Below, one piece after another: positions 9,910-19,467 of a stretch of DNA of 64,000 nucleotides; within the stretch, counting starts at the first letter, position 1, and the number at the start of each line of letters is the position of its first letter. Under the pieces are notes generated by a model, which ran no database searches, was not told where the DNA came from, and saw only the letters and a program-made list of their open reading frames with translations. The position numbers and the translations under genes were made by a program. The stretch lies in the NCBI GenBank assembly GCA_963842525.1, contig CAWJGT010000009.1, positions 704,001-768,000 of the forward strand, read 5' to 3'. This DNA comes from an uncultured Holophagales bacterium. Its GTDB lineage: Bacteria > Acidobacteriota > Thermoanaerobaculia > Multivoradales > UBA5704.

Positions 9910-11321
9910 GGATCCAAAACAGCTATCCCTGCTCTGACCGGAGGTGGGACCCCGGCCCCAACGCCGCCCGCAGCACCGTATTGAGCGTGATCCCCAGACG
10001 TAATCGCGATGACCACGCCGTTGCTCAGGAAGAGCTGGGCCGCCGGAGGGAGGCTGGTAAGCCACTCCTTCTGGGCTCCGGCGGCGAGCGGCAGGGTGAG
10101 AGCGGCGATCAGCGAGACGGCGGTGGTCACCAGGTAGACCTCGTCCTTGGGACCGCAGGTGAGCAGGCGCAGGCCGGCCGTGGCGATCATGCCGCAGATC
10201 ACCAGGAAGACCGCTCCCACGATAGGCCGCGGGATGAGCACCAGGAGCGTGCCGGTCTTCGGCGAGAGGCCGTAGAGAAGCAGGATCAGCGCGGCCACCT
10301 GGACGACCCGGCGGCTGGCGACCCGGGTGGTGGCGATGACGCCGGTGTTCTGGCTGTAGGTGGTCAGCGGCAGCGCGCCGAAGAGCGGCCCCACCATCGA
10401 GGCGATCCCCTCGACCGTGATGCCGCGGTGGATGTGGCGCATCCGGTAGGGGACGCCGGAGACGGCGCAGGTGCCCGCATAGTCGCCGATCGATTCGCTG
10501 ATCGAGCCGACGTAGCCGATCATGACCCCGAAGATCGCTCCGGCGGCCAGCGTCCACCCCAGGCCGGGGCCTCCGAAGATGAACAGCCGGGGCAGGCCGA
10601 GCCAGGGCGCGCGGGACAGGGCCGAGAAGTCCGCCATTCCGGCGAGGCCGGCCACTCCGACACCGCAGATCAGGAGGCTGAACAGAATTGCGCCGCGGGC
10701 GAGCATGCCCACCCGGAAGCGGTGGCCGATCACGGTCAGCAGCAGGATCAAGACGACCGTGAGTGCCGCGAGGCCGAGCATCTCCGGCCGCAGGTCGGCG
10801 AAGAGCCAGCCCCCCGCCACCCGCGCCAGCGAGATGCCGATGGTCACCACCACGATGCCGCAGACGTACGGCGGCAGGAACCGGCGCAGCGGCCCGAGGA
10901 CGCCGCTCGCCCCCACGATGGTCTCGAACAGGCCACCGAGGAAGCCGGCCATCCACATGGCCGGAGCGCCGAAGATCGATCCCGCCGTGGCCATCGCGCC
11001 GGTATCCGTGGCGGACGGCCCGAGGACCGACGGCAGCCGGTTTCCCCAGGTCGCATTGACGAAGGTCGCGGCTCCCATGAGGACCAGGCAGGCCGAGATC
11101 ATGTACGCGGTCTGCGCGGCCGAGTACCCCACGGCGCCGGCCACGATCAGGGGGAGGACGTAGGGCGAGACGTCGACCAGGGTGTGCTGCCAGGCATAGA
11201 GCAGCGTCTCGGCGGGCGGCGGTACGTCCTCGATCCCGTAGTGCGGCGGCAGGACCTCCAGGTCCTCCTCCCAGACCCGCTCCTCCCCGCGCCCGCCGGC
11301 CCCGTCGACCCCGTCAGTCAT
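9906..11321 (-). CDS. Uracil/xanthine permease (NCS2 family)
   Basis: QH in TM1, ESIGD, TTYSQNTGVIATTRVASR NAT signature. Probable extra base near 9998; the corrected stop would fall at ~9923. Confidence 0.9.
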   Translation of the reverse strand: MTDGVDGAGGRGEERVWEEDLEVLPPHYGIEDVPPPAETLLYAWQHTLVDVSPYVLPLIVAGAVGYSAAQTAYMISACLVLMGAATFVNATWGNRLPSVLGPSATDTGAMATAGSIFGAPAMWMAGFLGGLFETIVGASGVLGPLRRFLPPYVCGIVVVTIGISLARVAGGWLFADLRPEMLGLAALTVVLILLLTVIGHRFRVGMLARGAILFSLLICGVGVAGLAGMADFSALSRAPWLGLPRLFIFGGPGLGWTLAAGAIFGVMIGYVGSISESIGDYAGTCAVSGVPYRMRHIHRGITVEGIASMVGPLFGALPLTTYSQNTGVIATTRVASRRVVQVAALILLLYGLSPKTGTLLVLIPRPIVGAVFLVICGMIATAGLRLLTCGPKDEVYLVTTAVSLIAALTLPLAAGAQKEWLTSLPPAAQLFLSNGVVIAITSGDHAQYGAAGGVGAGVPPPVRAGIAVLDP

Positions 11322-12319
11322 TCGCTCTTCTTCTTGGGCTTCGACTTCTTGTACACCGGAGCCATGAAGGTCGCCTCGAGGTCGGGTCCGGCGACCGGGA
11401 CCTTGAGGACGACCTGCCAATAGACGGGGTCGTTCGCATGGAAATCCGTGCCGTGGACATCCGTTGGCAGCTCGAAGGCGAAGTCGAGGAAGTCGAGGGG
11501 CTCGCCACCTTCCAGATGGACGTTGACGGTCTGGGTGTACACGAAGAAGTACCTCCGCTTCTCGCCGGCACTATCTTTGCGCACATCTTCGTTCACGCAG
11601 CGCAGCACCAGTTGCACCGGGCTGTCCGGCTTCACGGGGCGTGCGAAGGAGATCCTCCCTTCAAGGCTCTCTCCGAGGAAGGCAGGGAGGCTCACCCAGG
11701 TCACGACGGGGTGGCGGAAGCGGAGCCACTGCAACAGCTTGCGGACCGAGTCGTAGAGGAGCAGCAGGGCCAGGATGTCCGCGCCGATGACGATGCTGTG
11801 GGTGGCACAACCTCTTTCCCATTGGATCAGGTTGAGGACGGCGACCAGGGCGAAGACTGCCAGGCGGCCGAGGATCAGCCCGCTCCAGGGCCGCTGGTCG
11901 GGCGCCATCCACTCGGGCTGCCAGGGGTAGTCCCAGGTCCACGGCAGGTCGTTGAGGCGTGCCCGCCGCTCCGTCTCGGCCCGGGTCAGGGCGTTGCGGA
12001 AGAGCCAGAGGGAGCCCAGGGAGAAGAAGGAGCCCCACGCCAGGGCGGCTATCGCGCTCCTCCTTCCTTCGGGAAGGTCGTCGATGCCGAGCAGGCCCGC
12101 AAAAGCGATGAGGAGCAGCCAGAGGCCGAGCCCCAGGAAGACGGTAAGGACCCAGGCGAGCGTCTGTTTCTCGCGCAGCCGGGCCAGGAAACCAGGGCCG
12201 AACACCCGTCCGGGGGCCTTGCCCGAGCGTGGCCGCTTGTAGACCTCTTCCCGGGTCCGCACGACGACCGGCTGCTCTTCCGGACCGTTCACGCCCAGGG
12301 TGATCGGGGGCTTTGTCAT
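11318..12319 (-). CDS. Uncharacterised 4-TM membrane protein, paralog C
   Basis: 2 TM, PWTWDYPW, 2 TM, then a beta-rich C-terminus ending PVAGPDLEATFMAPVY; ATGA overlaps on both sides. Confidence 0.8.
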   Translation of the reverse strand: MTKPPITLGVNGPEEQPVVVRTREEVYKRPRSGKAPGRVFGPGFLARLREKQTLAWVLTVFLGLGLWLLLIAFAGLLGIDDLPEGRRSAIAALAWGSFFSLGSLWLFRNALTRAETERRARLNDLPWTWDYPWQPEWMAPDQRPWSGLILGRLAVFALVAVLNLIQWERGCATHSIVIGADILALLLLYDSVRKLLQWLRFRHPVVTWVSLPAFLGESLEGRISFARPVKPDSPVQLVLRCVNEDVRKDSAGEKRRYFFVYTQTVNVHLEGGEPLDFLDFAFELPTDVHGTDFHANDPVYWQVVLKVPVAGPDLEATFMAPVYKKSKPKKKSE

Positions 12320-13359
12320 GACACCCTTCTCCAGGTCGCTGGCAACCGGTACACCGGAGCGAGGAAGTCGGCCTCCAGGTCCGGTCCGGCGACCGGGACG
12401 GTGACATGGATCTGCCAGTAGGCCGGCAAGTCCGCACGGAGGTCTGTCCCGCGGGGGCCGTTCGGGATGTCGAAGTCGAAGTCGACGTAGTCGAGCGGCT
12501 CGGCCTTTTCGGCGAGAGGGAACTCCCATTTGTCTTTGTACACGATGTAGGGCTGCCGCACACGCTCCTCGCGGTCTTTGGTCTTCCGGACCGTCCACAC
12601 CTCCTGGACACAGCGGAGGGTCACCTGAAGGGGCCCCTTCGGGAGCAGGGGACGGGCAAAGCTGATCCGGCCCGCGAGCCGGTCGCCGAGGAAAGCCGGA
12701 GACGTCATCCAGGTCACCACGGGATGGCGGAAGCGCAGCCACAGCCCCAGCCTCTTGAGGGAGTCGTAGAGGAGGATCAGGCCGGTCACGTCCAGCAGGA
12801 GGAGGACCCATATCACGCCCAGGTTCCTGCGTTGGTCCGGATCGCCCAAGAGGGCGACATTGAGGACCACCACGAACGCCAGGTACGTCACCCGCCACAG
12901 CGGCGTGCCGCTCTCCCCCCCGGTATAGTCCGGCGCCATCCACTCCTTCCGCCAGGGGTAGTCCCAGGTCCACGGCTCATCCCTCTCCTGCCTGCCATAC
13001 AGGAGCTTTTTCTCGGCATCCTTGAGCACTGCCTCGAGGACCTGCAGGAAGACCAGGAAGAGGCCGGCCCCGATGACGAAAGCGACGCCGGAGTGCTCGC
13101 CCAGCTTCCCCTTGTAGGGACCGAATGTGCCCGCGGCGCCGAAAAGGCAGAGCGCGAGCGCCCCAGCCACCATGCAGAGCGTGAACCACGCCTCCCGACG
13201 AGACTGCCGGAGGCGGCTCCAGAATCCGCGGCCGAACACCGACCGCAGGCCCGGCACGAGCACCGTCGACCGCGGCGGCCTTGCAAGCTCCTCACTGATC
13301 TCCTCGAAGGCAGGTACAGCGCTCCCGGGGCTGCTCTCTCCTGAGGGGGGTGTCGTCAT
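12316..13359 (-). CDS. Uncharacterised 4-TM membrane protein, paralog B
   Basis: MTTPP start; EPWTWDYPW...LLYDS..LRFRHPVVTW...PVAGPDLEADFLAPVY. Confidence 0.8.
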   Translation of the reverse strand: MTTPPSGESSPGSAVPAFEEISEELARPPRSTVLVPGLRSVFGRGFWSRLRQSRREAWFTLCMVAGALALCLFGAAGTFGPYKGKLGEHSGVAFVIGAGLFLVFLQVLEAVLKDAEKKLLYGRQERDEPWTWDYPWRKEWMAPDYTGGESGTPLWRVTYLAFVVVLNVALLGDPDQRRNLGVIWVLLLLDVTGLILLYDSLKRLGLWLRFRHPVVTWMTSPAFLGDRLAGRISFARPLLPKGPLQVTLRCVQEVWTVRKTKDREERVRQPYIVYKDKWEFPLAEKAEPLDYVDFDFDIPNGPRGTDLRADLPAYWQIHVTVPVAGPDLEADFLAPVYRLPATWRRVS

Positions 13360-13387
13360 GGGTATGGAGGACCTGGACGTGGAAAGT

Positions 13388-14413
13388 CTATCCTGGATTC
13401 CGGCTGTACACCGGGGCGAGGAACACGGCCTCCAGGTCCGGTCCGGCGACCGGGACGGTGACCTGGATCTGCCAGTAGGTCGGCTCGTCCGCACCGAGGT
13501 CCGTCCCGCGGAGGCCGCGCGGGAGCTCGAGCTCGAAATCGACGTAGTCGAGAGGCTCGGCCTTTTCGGCGAGAGGGAGCTCCCATCCGTCTTTGTACAC
13601 GATGTAAGGCTGCTGCACACGGACCTCGCGGTCTCCGGACTTCCGCGCCTCCCACTCCTCGTGAACACAGCGGAACGTCACCCGCAGGGTCCCTGTCGGG
13701 GTCACGGTACGGGCAAAGCTGATCCGGCCCGCGAGCTGGTCGCCGAGGAAGGCCGGAAACGTCGCCCAGGTCACGACCGGCTGGCGGAACCGCAGCCACT
13801 GCGTCAGCTTGTGGACCGAGTCGTAGAGGACGAGCAGCGCGAACAGGTCCAGGACCAGGACGATCCCCTTGAGGACCCAGCTCGGCGCGCCCAAGGCGAT
13901 GTTGAACAGGCCGATGAAGGCGAGGAACGCCACCCGCCCCAGCACTGTGCCGCTCCCGCCGCCGCTGTAGTCCGGCGCCATCCACTCCCGCCGCCAGGGA
14001 TGGTCCCAGGTCCAGGGCTCGTTCCTGGGCATCCTGTCGTGCCGCCTCTTGTGCGACGCGCCCGTGAGAGCAACCTGGAGGATGCGGAGGGAAAACAGGA
14101 AGAAGACGGTCCCGAACCCCATCATGGCCAGGAAGAACCGAGGATCGCCGTTCTCGCGCAGACCGTCCTTGTAGGGTCCGACCGTGCCGGCGAGGCCGAA
14201 GAGGAAGATCCCCAGACCGATCGTCAGGAAGACGAGGAGGAGCCACGCCCCGCTGTCCCGCAGCCGGCGGGAAAACCCACGCCCGAAGACCGATCCGGAG
14301 CCTGGCACAGGTACCGCCGACCGCGGCGGCAGGAACAGTTTCTCCTTCGTCCGCGAGACGCCTAAAGCGGTTGCAGCGCCGCTCTCGTCCGGAAGGGGCG
14401 GGGTGATGGGCAT
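13388..14413 (-). CDS. Uncharacterised 4-TM membrane protein, paralog A
   Basis: MPITPP start; EPWTWDHPW...VLYDS..LRFRQPVVTW...PVAGPDLEAVFLAPVY. Confidence 0.8.
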   Translation of the reverse strand: MPITPPLPDESGAATALGVSRTKEKLFLPPRSAVPVPGSGSVFGRGFSRRLRDSGAWLLLVFLTIGLGIFLFGLAGTVGPYKDGLRENGDPRFFLAMMGFGTVFFLFSLRILQVALTGASHKRRHDRMPRNEPWTWDHPWRREWMAPDYSGGGSGTVLGRVAFLAFIGLFNIALGAPSWVLKGIVLVLDLFALLVLYDSVHKLTQWLRFRQPVVTWATFPAFLGDQLAGRISFARTVTPTGTLRVTFRCVHEEWEARKSGDREVRVQQPYIVYKDGWELPLAEKAEPLDYVDFELELPRGLRGTDLGADEPTYWQIQVTVPVAGPDLEAVFLAPVYSRNPG

Positions 14414-14508
14414 GGACAGAGAACCTGGCGCGGGGGAGTCTATCACCGGAGGGTGTCCGGCACTCCCGGAGCGGGGATGGGACTCGCGTCCGTGGCGGCC
14501 GGGAAAGA

Positions 14509-14674
14509 CCTCTCCCCCTGGCCCCCTCTCCCGTGCGTCCCCCGTCCCTCCACCCCGAACGGGAGAGGGGGAATGCTGTGTGGCGGCCGGACGAGGAGAG
14601 AATCGGCTGGGTGGAGGCGCCCCTCTCCCGCTCGGGGGGGTGGTGGTCGCGCGGGAGAGGGGACGGGGGAGAGG
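14509..14674. repeat. Inverted pair of BoxC/REP-like elements (intergenic)
   Basis: cctctccccctggccccctctccc...gggagagggg (14509-14571) and an inverted copy (14620-14674). Confidence 0.7.
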
Positions 14675-14684
14675 GCTCCGGCGG

Positions 14685-16424
14685 CTAGGGCTGGACGGTT
14701 GCCTGCTCGCGCGGGGTCTCTTCTCGCCGGCGCGGCCGGGCCGCGGGCTCGGCGGCCGGCGGCGAGATCATCTTGTTCTCGGGACCCGCGCTGCGGAACA
14801 GGTCGCGCAGGCGGTCGGCCATCGCTTCGTTGTCGAGCAGCTCGGCCACGGCGACGGCCTGGTGGAACATCGAGGAGATCTGCCAGGGCTGCGGGTCTCT
14901 CGCCAGAGCCTCCCGGTAGCCTTCCAGGGACTCCTCGTCCTGGCCCAGGTACAGATAGGCCTCGCCTTCCGTGGCCAGACACCAGACGTCCCGGAAGGCG
15001 CGCGCGCAGTGGCCGAGGGCGCGCTTCGCGTTCTGCCGCGCCTGGTCCAGGTTCCTGTCGAAGGCGAGGTCCATGAAGGCTACGTTGATGGCGAGATAGA
15101 ACGACTGTGCGGCGTCCTGGTTGGCTTCAGCCGTCGCCAGCGCCTGCCGGTACAGCTCTTGCGCCCGCTGTCCGTCCTCCAGACGGCCCTGCTGGCGCCA
15201 GCGCCGCTTGAAACGCCCGGCAAGGGTGCCCATGGCGTCCGTCGTCTGCTGGCGGGACTCCACGAGCACCTGGATCGAGTCCTCCCGCCGGCCCACGGAA
15301 TCCAGCGCCAGGGACAGGAGGATGAGCGTCGCATCGTCAAGCTCGGCCCGGATCGGCCACAGCTCGTCGATCGCCCGCTGGAAATCGCGCTGCTCCACGG
15401 CGACGCGCGCGCTGTTCCACGGACCGGCCGGAGCGGCCTCTCCCAGGAGCACCTTGAGGACCAGTTGGACGTTCAGGTCCGTCGCCCGCTTCGGCTGGAC
15501 GATGGTGACGTGGTTGCCCGGGATGACGGCCTGGAAGACCTTCGGGAACGCCTCCAGGCTCGAGGTCGAAGGCACCAGCTCGTCTTCGTCGCCGGCGACG
15601 ATCTGGAGCTTGAACGTCGGATGATCGCCGATCCGCTCCCGCCAGGTCTGGCGGAGCTGCGTGACAAAGGGGCTGTCCGACGCCATGTCCCGGACCTGTC
15701 GCTTCCACCAGCGCAGAAAGCCGGCTTTGAGCAACCCATTGCTGGGGGTGCCGAAGCAGATCACGTGGCCGACCCGGGAGAGGAATTCAGGGCCTTCGAC
15801 CAGCGCCTGCTGGACGACCAGGCCGCCCATGCTGTGCGCCACGATCGCCAGGCTCTTGTAGCCGTCGAACGGCGGCAGGCCGGTCAGGGTCCGCAGGTAG
15901 ATCGAGAGCCGCGAGATGGGCGGCGAGGCGGCCCACAGGCCCGCGAGGTCGAGCCACAGGCTGGTCGAATAGCCGACGCTGTAGATGTCCCAGGCGTCCA
16001 GCCTCTTGTCGTCGGCAATGAAGCGGGGGAAATCGAACCACGTCAGCCGCGAGTTGAAGCCGAAGCCGTGAATGAAGAGGACCGCCGTCTCGGTCTTGTT
16101 CTGGCGGTGGACCTGCACGAAGGGCGGCGGCACCTCGGTCGTCTGCGGCCGGGGAGCCGTCCCGCCGGTGCCTTCGATTTCGTCCGTGACGTCGCTGATC
16201 GCCTGGGCCACGGCGCGGGGAAACACGGCGGCGGCCCGCGCCGCGTTGCGGACGGAGTCCACCAGCGAATTTTCGGGGAGGTATTTCAGTGCCAGGGCAG
16301 GGAGCGCCGAAGCCTTGAAGAGAAAACGCATGACGGAACCGAGCAATTCGGCCGTGCTCTCGAGCACGGCCGAGCCGCCCGGCCCTGGGGATCTCGTGTC
16401 CTGCGCGTCCTGCCGATCGCTCAT
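14685..16424 (-). CDS. Alpha/beta hydrolase fused to a TPR-S / MAP3K TRAF-binding-like helical domain
   Basis: VLFIHGFG oxyanion motif, AHSMGG nucleophile, GTP, D..V, NH; C-terminus DAMGTLAGRFKRRW..YLAINVAF..WCLATEGEAYL. Confidence 0.75.
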   Translation of the reverse strand: MSDRQDAQDTRSPGPGGSAVLESTAELLGSVMRFLFKASALPALALKYLPENSLVDSVRNAARAAAVFPRAVAQAISDVTDEIEGTGGTAPRPQTTEVPPPFVQVHRQNKTETAVLFIHGFGFNSRLTWFDFPRFIADDKRLDAWDIYSVGYSTSLWLDLAGLWAASPPISRLSIYLRTLTGLPPFDGYKSLAIVAHSMGGLVVQQALVEGPEFLSRVGHVICFGTPSNGLLKAGFLRWWKRQVRDMASDSPFVTQLRQTWRERIGDHPTFKLQIVAGDEDELVPSTSSLEAFPKVFQAVIPGNHVTIVQPKRATDLNVQLVLKVLLGEAAPAGPWNSARVAVEQRDFQRAIDELWPIRAELDDATLILLSLALDSVGRREDSIQVLVESRQQTTDAMGTLAGRFKRRWRQQGRLEDGQRAQELYRQALATAEANQDAAQSFYLAINVAFMDLAFDRNLDQARQNAKRALGHCARAFRDVWCLATEGEAYLYLGQDEESLEGYREALARDPQPWQISSMFHQAVAVAELLDNEAMADRLRDLFRSAGPENKMISPPAAEPAARPRRREETPREQATVQP

Positions 16425-16529
16425 GGAGCCAGTCCGGCACCCTATGCTGCCTTTCCGAGCTTACTGATTCTCGCACACCACGCAAGGGACCGGAGGGACC
16501 AGAAAGGGACTCCTCCGCATCCGGCGGGC

Positions 16530-17699
16530 TCACGACGGATTGATCCCATCCCCTCGCTCGCCCGGGCTTTCCTCGTCGCCCGCCCGCTCGATCAGGAGGA
16601 GGGTGATGTCGTCGCTCACCGGCCGGCCGGCGCAGTGGTCGTGGACGACGGCCAGCAGGGTGTCGAGCGTCTCGGTGGAGGGCAGGTCGCGGCAGCTCGC
16701 GAAGGCTTCCTGCAGACGGTCGAGCCCGAGCTCCTGGTCGGCGGGGTCGAGGGCCTCGTAGGCGCCGTCGGTGTAGACCAGGAGGCGGTCGCCCGGCCGC
16801 AGGAGCACCTCGCGGGCCGGGAGCGGCCGGGTGCGGAAGGCCGGGTGCAACAGGATCCCGGTGGCGCCGAGCTGCTCGGTCCCCGAGGCGGTCTGCCAGA
16901 AGGCCGGCGGATGGCCGGCGCTCGCATAACGGAGCCGGCCGTCCGGCAGCAGGAGGCCGAAGACCAGCGTGGCGCTCCAGATGGAGCCCGGGAAGTCGAG
17001 GCTGGCGAGCAGCTCGCGGGCCATCCGTTCGGGCTCGGGGCTCCGCCGGCGGGCCGCGTCCAGGGTCGAGCGCAACATGCCGGCGAACATCGCCGCCCGC
17101 ACGCCGTGGCCGACCACGTCGCTGACCGAAAAGGCGACGCCTCCGCCGTCCAGCGGCTGCGCCAGATAGAGGTCGCCGCCCAGAGCGTCGCAGGAGACGA
17201 GCCGGCCTTCGAGCCTCCAGCTCTCGGCGGCCACGCAGCCGCGCGGAAGCAGGCTGTGCTGAAAGAGCCGCGCCTTTTCGAGGTCGTCGGCGAGCATCTG
17301 GGCGTACTGCTCCTTGGCCTGGCGCTCGCGCTGCAACCGCAGGCAACGCTCCACGAGGGCCAGCAGGACCCGCCGGTCGAACGGCTTGAAGAGGAAGTAG
17401 AACGCCCCCTCTTCCAGCGAGCGGAAGAGCTTCTCGTCGGGCTCGGAGATGGAGCCTGTGATCAGGATGACGTCGGTATCCGGCCGCTGCTGGCGGATGG
17501 CCTGGCAGAGCGAATAGCCGTCGCCGTCGCGCAGCCGCACGTCGACCAGGGCGAGGTCGAAGGCGGTCGTTTCCAGGCACTTCAGGGCCTCGGTGGCGCC
17601 GGTGACCGCCTCGACGTGGTAGTCCGGGGCCAGGATGCGTTCCAGCGCGCGCCGCGGCCCGGCGTCGTCATCGACGATCAGGATGCGGTCAGACGGCAT
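16530..17699 (-). CDS. Response regulator with PP2C/SpoIIE phosphatase output
   Basis: RILIVDDD..LVDVR..KPF; GGDLY, DVVGHG, SAGHP, YTDG, DDITL. Confidence 0.92.
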   Translation of the reverse strand: MPSDRILIVDDDAGPRRALERILAPDYHVEAVTGATEALKCLETTAFDLALVDVRLRDGDGYSLCQAIRQQRPDTDVILITGSISEPDEKLFRSLEEGAFYFLFKPFDRRVLLALVERCLRLQRERQAKEQYAQMLADDLEKARLFQHSLLPRGCVAAESWRLEGRLVSCDALGGDLYLAQPLDGGGVAFSVSDVVGHGVRAAMFAGMLRSTLDAARRRSPEPERMARELLASLDFPGSIWSATLVFGLLLPDGRLRYASAGHPPAFWQTASGTEQLGATGILLHPAFRTRPLPAREVLLRPGDRLLVYTDGAYEALDPADQELGLDRLQEAFASCRDLPSTETLDTLLAVVHDHCAGRPVSDDITLLLIERAGDEESPGERGDGINPS

Positions 17700-19383
17700 G
17701 CTCGAGCGCCCTTTCCTCCGCCCCCGCGCCGAGCCGCAGACCGATCGTCACGCGCGTGCCCTCTCCCGGCGCGCTGGCGAAATCGAACGAGCCGCCGTTC
17801 TGCCAGGCCATCGAGCGCACGATCGCGAGCCCCAGCCCGGTGCTGCCGGTCTTGGTCGAGAAGAACGGCTCCTGGACCTTCTCCAGCAGCTCGGGGTCGA
17901 TGCCCGGGCCGTCGTCGGTCACGGCGAGCAGGGCCTGGCCGTCGCCGTCCCGGCGGGTCGACACCACGATCCTCCCGCCGCAGCTCGACTTGGCCTCCAG
18001 CGCGTTGAGGACCAGATTGAAGACCACGTGCTGGAGGTCGTTGCGCGAGAAGCACACGGCCGGCAGGTCGGCTGCGAGGTCGACGACCACCTCGACCCCC
18101 TGCCGGCCGGCCTGCCCCTGGAGGAACGGCAGCGTCTCGCGCACGATCTGGTTGACGTCCACCGGCCCGTCGTCCCCCACGCGTCCCGAGCGCGCCACCC
18201 GCAGCATGTTCGAGAAGATCCGCCGGCAGAGGCGCGCCTTCTCCTCGATGACCGCCAGATCCTCGGCGAGCCTCTCCGGATCGACGTCGCCGCGGCGCAG
18301 CTCGGCGCGCATCTGCTGCGCGAGCGGCAGGATCGAGCCCACGGCGTTGTTGACGTCATGTGCCACGGCGCTCGCCAACGTCACCAGAGTGGCCTTGCGC
18401 TCGGCCTGGATCGCCTGCCGTTCGAGCGACATGTTGACTCGGGCGTTGCGGATCGACACCGCCGCCGCGGGCAGGAAGCGCTCGACCACGGCGAGGTCGT
18501 GCCGGTCGAAACGCCGGCGTGTCCCGGCCGCGATCTTGAGAAGGCCGAGGAATTCGCCGCCGAAGAACAGGGGCGCGCAGAGGACGCTCGCGACCGCGGG
18601 AGCCCGGTCCTCCCGGTGATAGTCCAGGAGACCCCAGACCCCACTCCCTGCGCCCTCGTTCCCATCGTCCCCATCGTCCCCATCGTCCCTGCCACTGCGG
18701 CAGAGGATCTCCGGAACCCGGCTGAGGGCCGCGGCCTGCTCCGGCGTCACCGGGATCTCGCGGCCGACGAACGCGCTCTTGCTCTTCCGCCAGACGATCT
18801 TCTCGGCCTCGATGCGGAAGGCGCCGCCGGCCGGCTCGTAGGTCAGGAAGGCGGACGAGTGGTCGTAGTCGACGAGCTGGTGCAGGCCGTCGAGGATCTG
18901 GTAGGCGAGGTCGCGAGGCCGCAGCTCCGAGACGATCTTGCCCCGGATGCGGTCGAGCACGCGCGCCAGCCGCGCCTCCTCGCGCCGGGCGAGCTCCGTG
19001 GCCAGCACCCCGCACAGGCGGTCGAGGGCGCGCCGCGAGGTCTGCCCGAAATCGCGCCCGTGCCGGGCCGCGCCGACCAGCGCCACCTGCCGGCCGTGCA
19101 CCCGCAGGCGCGCCACCACCATGGTCCGCGGGATCGCCGGCCGCTCCTCGCGCAGGAACGCATGCATGACTGCCTCGTCGCACAACGCGGCCTCGCCGCG
19201 CAACAGGCGGGACTCGACGGCGTCGCCGCGGAGCGTGAAGAGCCACGCGGCGTTGGCATCGAGCCGCAGCCGCACCGCCTCCAGGAAGTGGAGGTAGAGC
19301 TTGCGCACCGGCCCCACGTCCTGGAGGTTGCTCTCCAGGACGTGTGCGAACAGCTCGGGCGGGACTTTCCTCAGGTCGATCAT
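17689..19383 (-). CDS. GAF-domain sensor histidine kinase
   Basis: H-box VAHDVNN, N-box NLVLNA, DDGPGI, FFSTK, GTGLGL; start MIDLRK at 19383 inferred. Confidence 0.88.
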   Translation of the reverse strand: MIDLRKVPPELFAHVLESNLQDVGPVRKLYLHFLEAVRLRLDANAAWLFTLRGDAVESRLLRGEAALCDEAVMHAFLREERPAIPRTMVVARLRVHGRQVALVGAARHGRDFGQTSRRALDRLCGVLATELARREEARLARVLDRIRGKIVSELRPRDLAYQILDGLHQLVDYDHSSAFLTYEPAGGAFRIEAEKIVWRKSKSAFVGREIPVTPEQAAALSRVPEILCRSGRDDGDDGDDGNEGAGSGVWGLLDYHREDRAPAVASVLCAPLFFGGEFLGLLKIAAGTRRRFDRHDLAVVERFLPAAAVSIRNARVNMSLERQAIQAERKATLVTLASAVAHDVNNAVGSILPLAQQMRAELRRGDVDPERLAEDLAVIEEKARLCRRIFSNMLRVARSGRVGDDGPVDVNQIVRETLPFLQGQAGRQGVEVVVDLAADLPAVCFSRNDLQHVVFNLVLNALEAKSSCGGRIVVSTRRDGDGQALLAVTDDGPGIDPELLEKVQEPFFSTKTGSTGLGLAIVRSMAWQNGGSFDFASAPGEGTRVTIGLRLGAGAEERALEHAV

Positions 19384-19467
19384 AGGGGTACGGGGGAACC
19401 GCGAGGCAGAGCAGATCAGAGAATACCACGCGCGGAGACGTGACCTGGGGTCGCATAGACTACGCAC

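Larger units (their letters stand above)
9267..9935. repeat. 16-bp direct repeat CAGCTATCCCTGCTCT bracketing the TA module
   Basis: Exact copies at 9267-9282 and 9920-9935. Confidence 0.85.

Noticed and set aside
14184-18008. 1274-aa plus-strand ORF and similar long antisense ORFs (45880-48222, 37968-40133)
   Set aside because: Shadow ORFs opposite well-supported genes, typical of high-GC codon usage.
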